Below are positions 63,689 through 64,000 of a DNA stretch of 64,000 nucleotides, piece after piece. The DNA is from Paramoeba atlantica (lineage: Eukaryota; Protista; Discosea). Every line of letters begins with the position of its first letter. The stretch's first letter is position 1. The position numbers and the translations under genes were made by a program. Location of the stretch: NCBI GenBank assembly GCA_977017575.1, contig CDRNVI010000003.1:62001-126000 (forward strand), in the 5' to 3' direction. Under the pieces are notes generated by a model. The model was not told the DNA's origin. It made no database searches and saw only the letters and a list, made by a program, of their open reading frames with translations.

Positions 63689-64000
63689 TCAAGTTTCCCA
63701 GTAGGGTTTCACATGAAATAAAGCATCAAAAGAGGATAGAACTCTGTCTTTTTCATTTTCTAATTCGAGGATATTGTTGGAAAAAGGATTCAAAACTTCT
63801 TGAGCAAATTTTCTGTAGCCAGAAAGATCTTGACGCAAGGCCCTGCGGCCCGCCTCAGAGGTGCGAACGTTCAAAACGTGAAGAGTTAGCCCCTTGTAAA
63901 GCCCTTCCAACAGGAATAGACAATAGCAGAGGGACATGGATTGAAAATGATTGGGAAACTGAGATACTTCCTTACGTAGCCAAGAACAAACGTAATTGCA
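63689..64000 (-). CDS. 3' end of a probable gene truncated by the window edge
   Basis: The frame of ORF 63689-63937 stays open to position 64000; same strand as the host genes. Confidence 0.5.
   Translation of the reverse strand, partial: CNYVCSWLRKEVSQFPNHFQSMSLCYCLFLLEGLYKGLTLHVLNVRTSEAGRRALRQDLSGYRKFAQEVLNPFSNNILELENEKDRVLSSFDALFHVKPYWET

Noticed and set aside
1-64000. Prokaryotic origin or prophage (IS1595-, IS630-, IS5-like and integrase-like proteins)
   Set aside because: The surrounding genes (Nup155, RPB11, MSH6, SAS10, OCRL-like) are eukaryote-specific, and the YR sits in a gag-YR-RT retroelement.
1-64000. Stop-codon reassignment (Blastocrithidia-like code) or telomeric repeat tracts
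   Set aside because: Conserved genes are full length under the standard code, and no TTAGGG arrays were seen.

Overview
Eukaryotic, intron-less DNA with kinetoplastid-style organisation. Thirteen conserved or host-type genes (RecQ4-like helicase, OCRL/INPP5B-like phosphatase, RPB11, UPF3-like, PSP1-domain, MSH6, Tcp10/SAS-4-like, Nup155/170, zinc-knuckle+RRM, SUZ-like, LRR, SET-like, SAS10) plus the 3' end of a probable 14th all lie on the minus strand, as in a polycistronic directional gene cluster. The lineage (bodonid/prokinetoplastid such as Perkinsela) is inferred, not proven. Three dense, nested mobile-element clusters (about 2.5-16.9 kb, 21.7-38.2 kb and 52.7-59.85 kb) interrupt the genes. 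They contain four Merlin (ISXO2-like) transposase remnants, two with TIRs and 8-bp TSDs, a frameshifted DD34E and an intact DD35E Tc1/IS630-type transposase, an ISL2EU/Harbinger-type pseudogene, many TA-flanked MITEs, a hairpin-ended dispersed repeat family, and two VIPER/TATE-like tyrosine-recombinase retrotransposons. Top candidates for novelty: (1) a tRNA-headed SINE with two TSD-flanked copies and a matching empty site in the same window; (2) a near-intact gag-YR-RT/RNaseH element bounded by 120-bp inverted repeats, with a 6x127-bp array and a non-canonical LYDS RT motif; (3) an 87-nt segment 85/87 identical between two otherwise diverged YR elements; (4) a spliced-leader-like sequence embedded in transposon debris. 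All calls come from manual reading; no searches were run.
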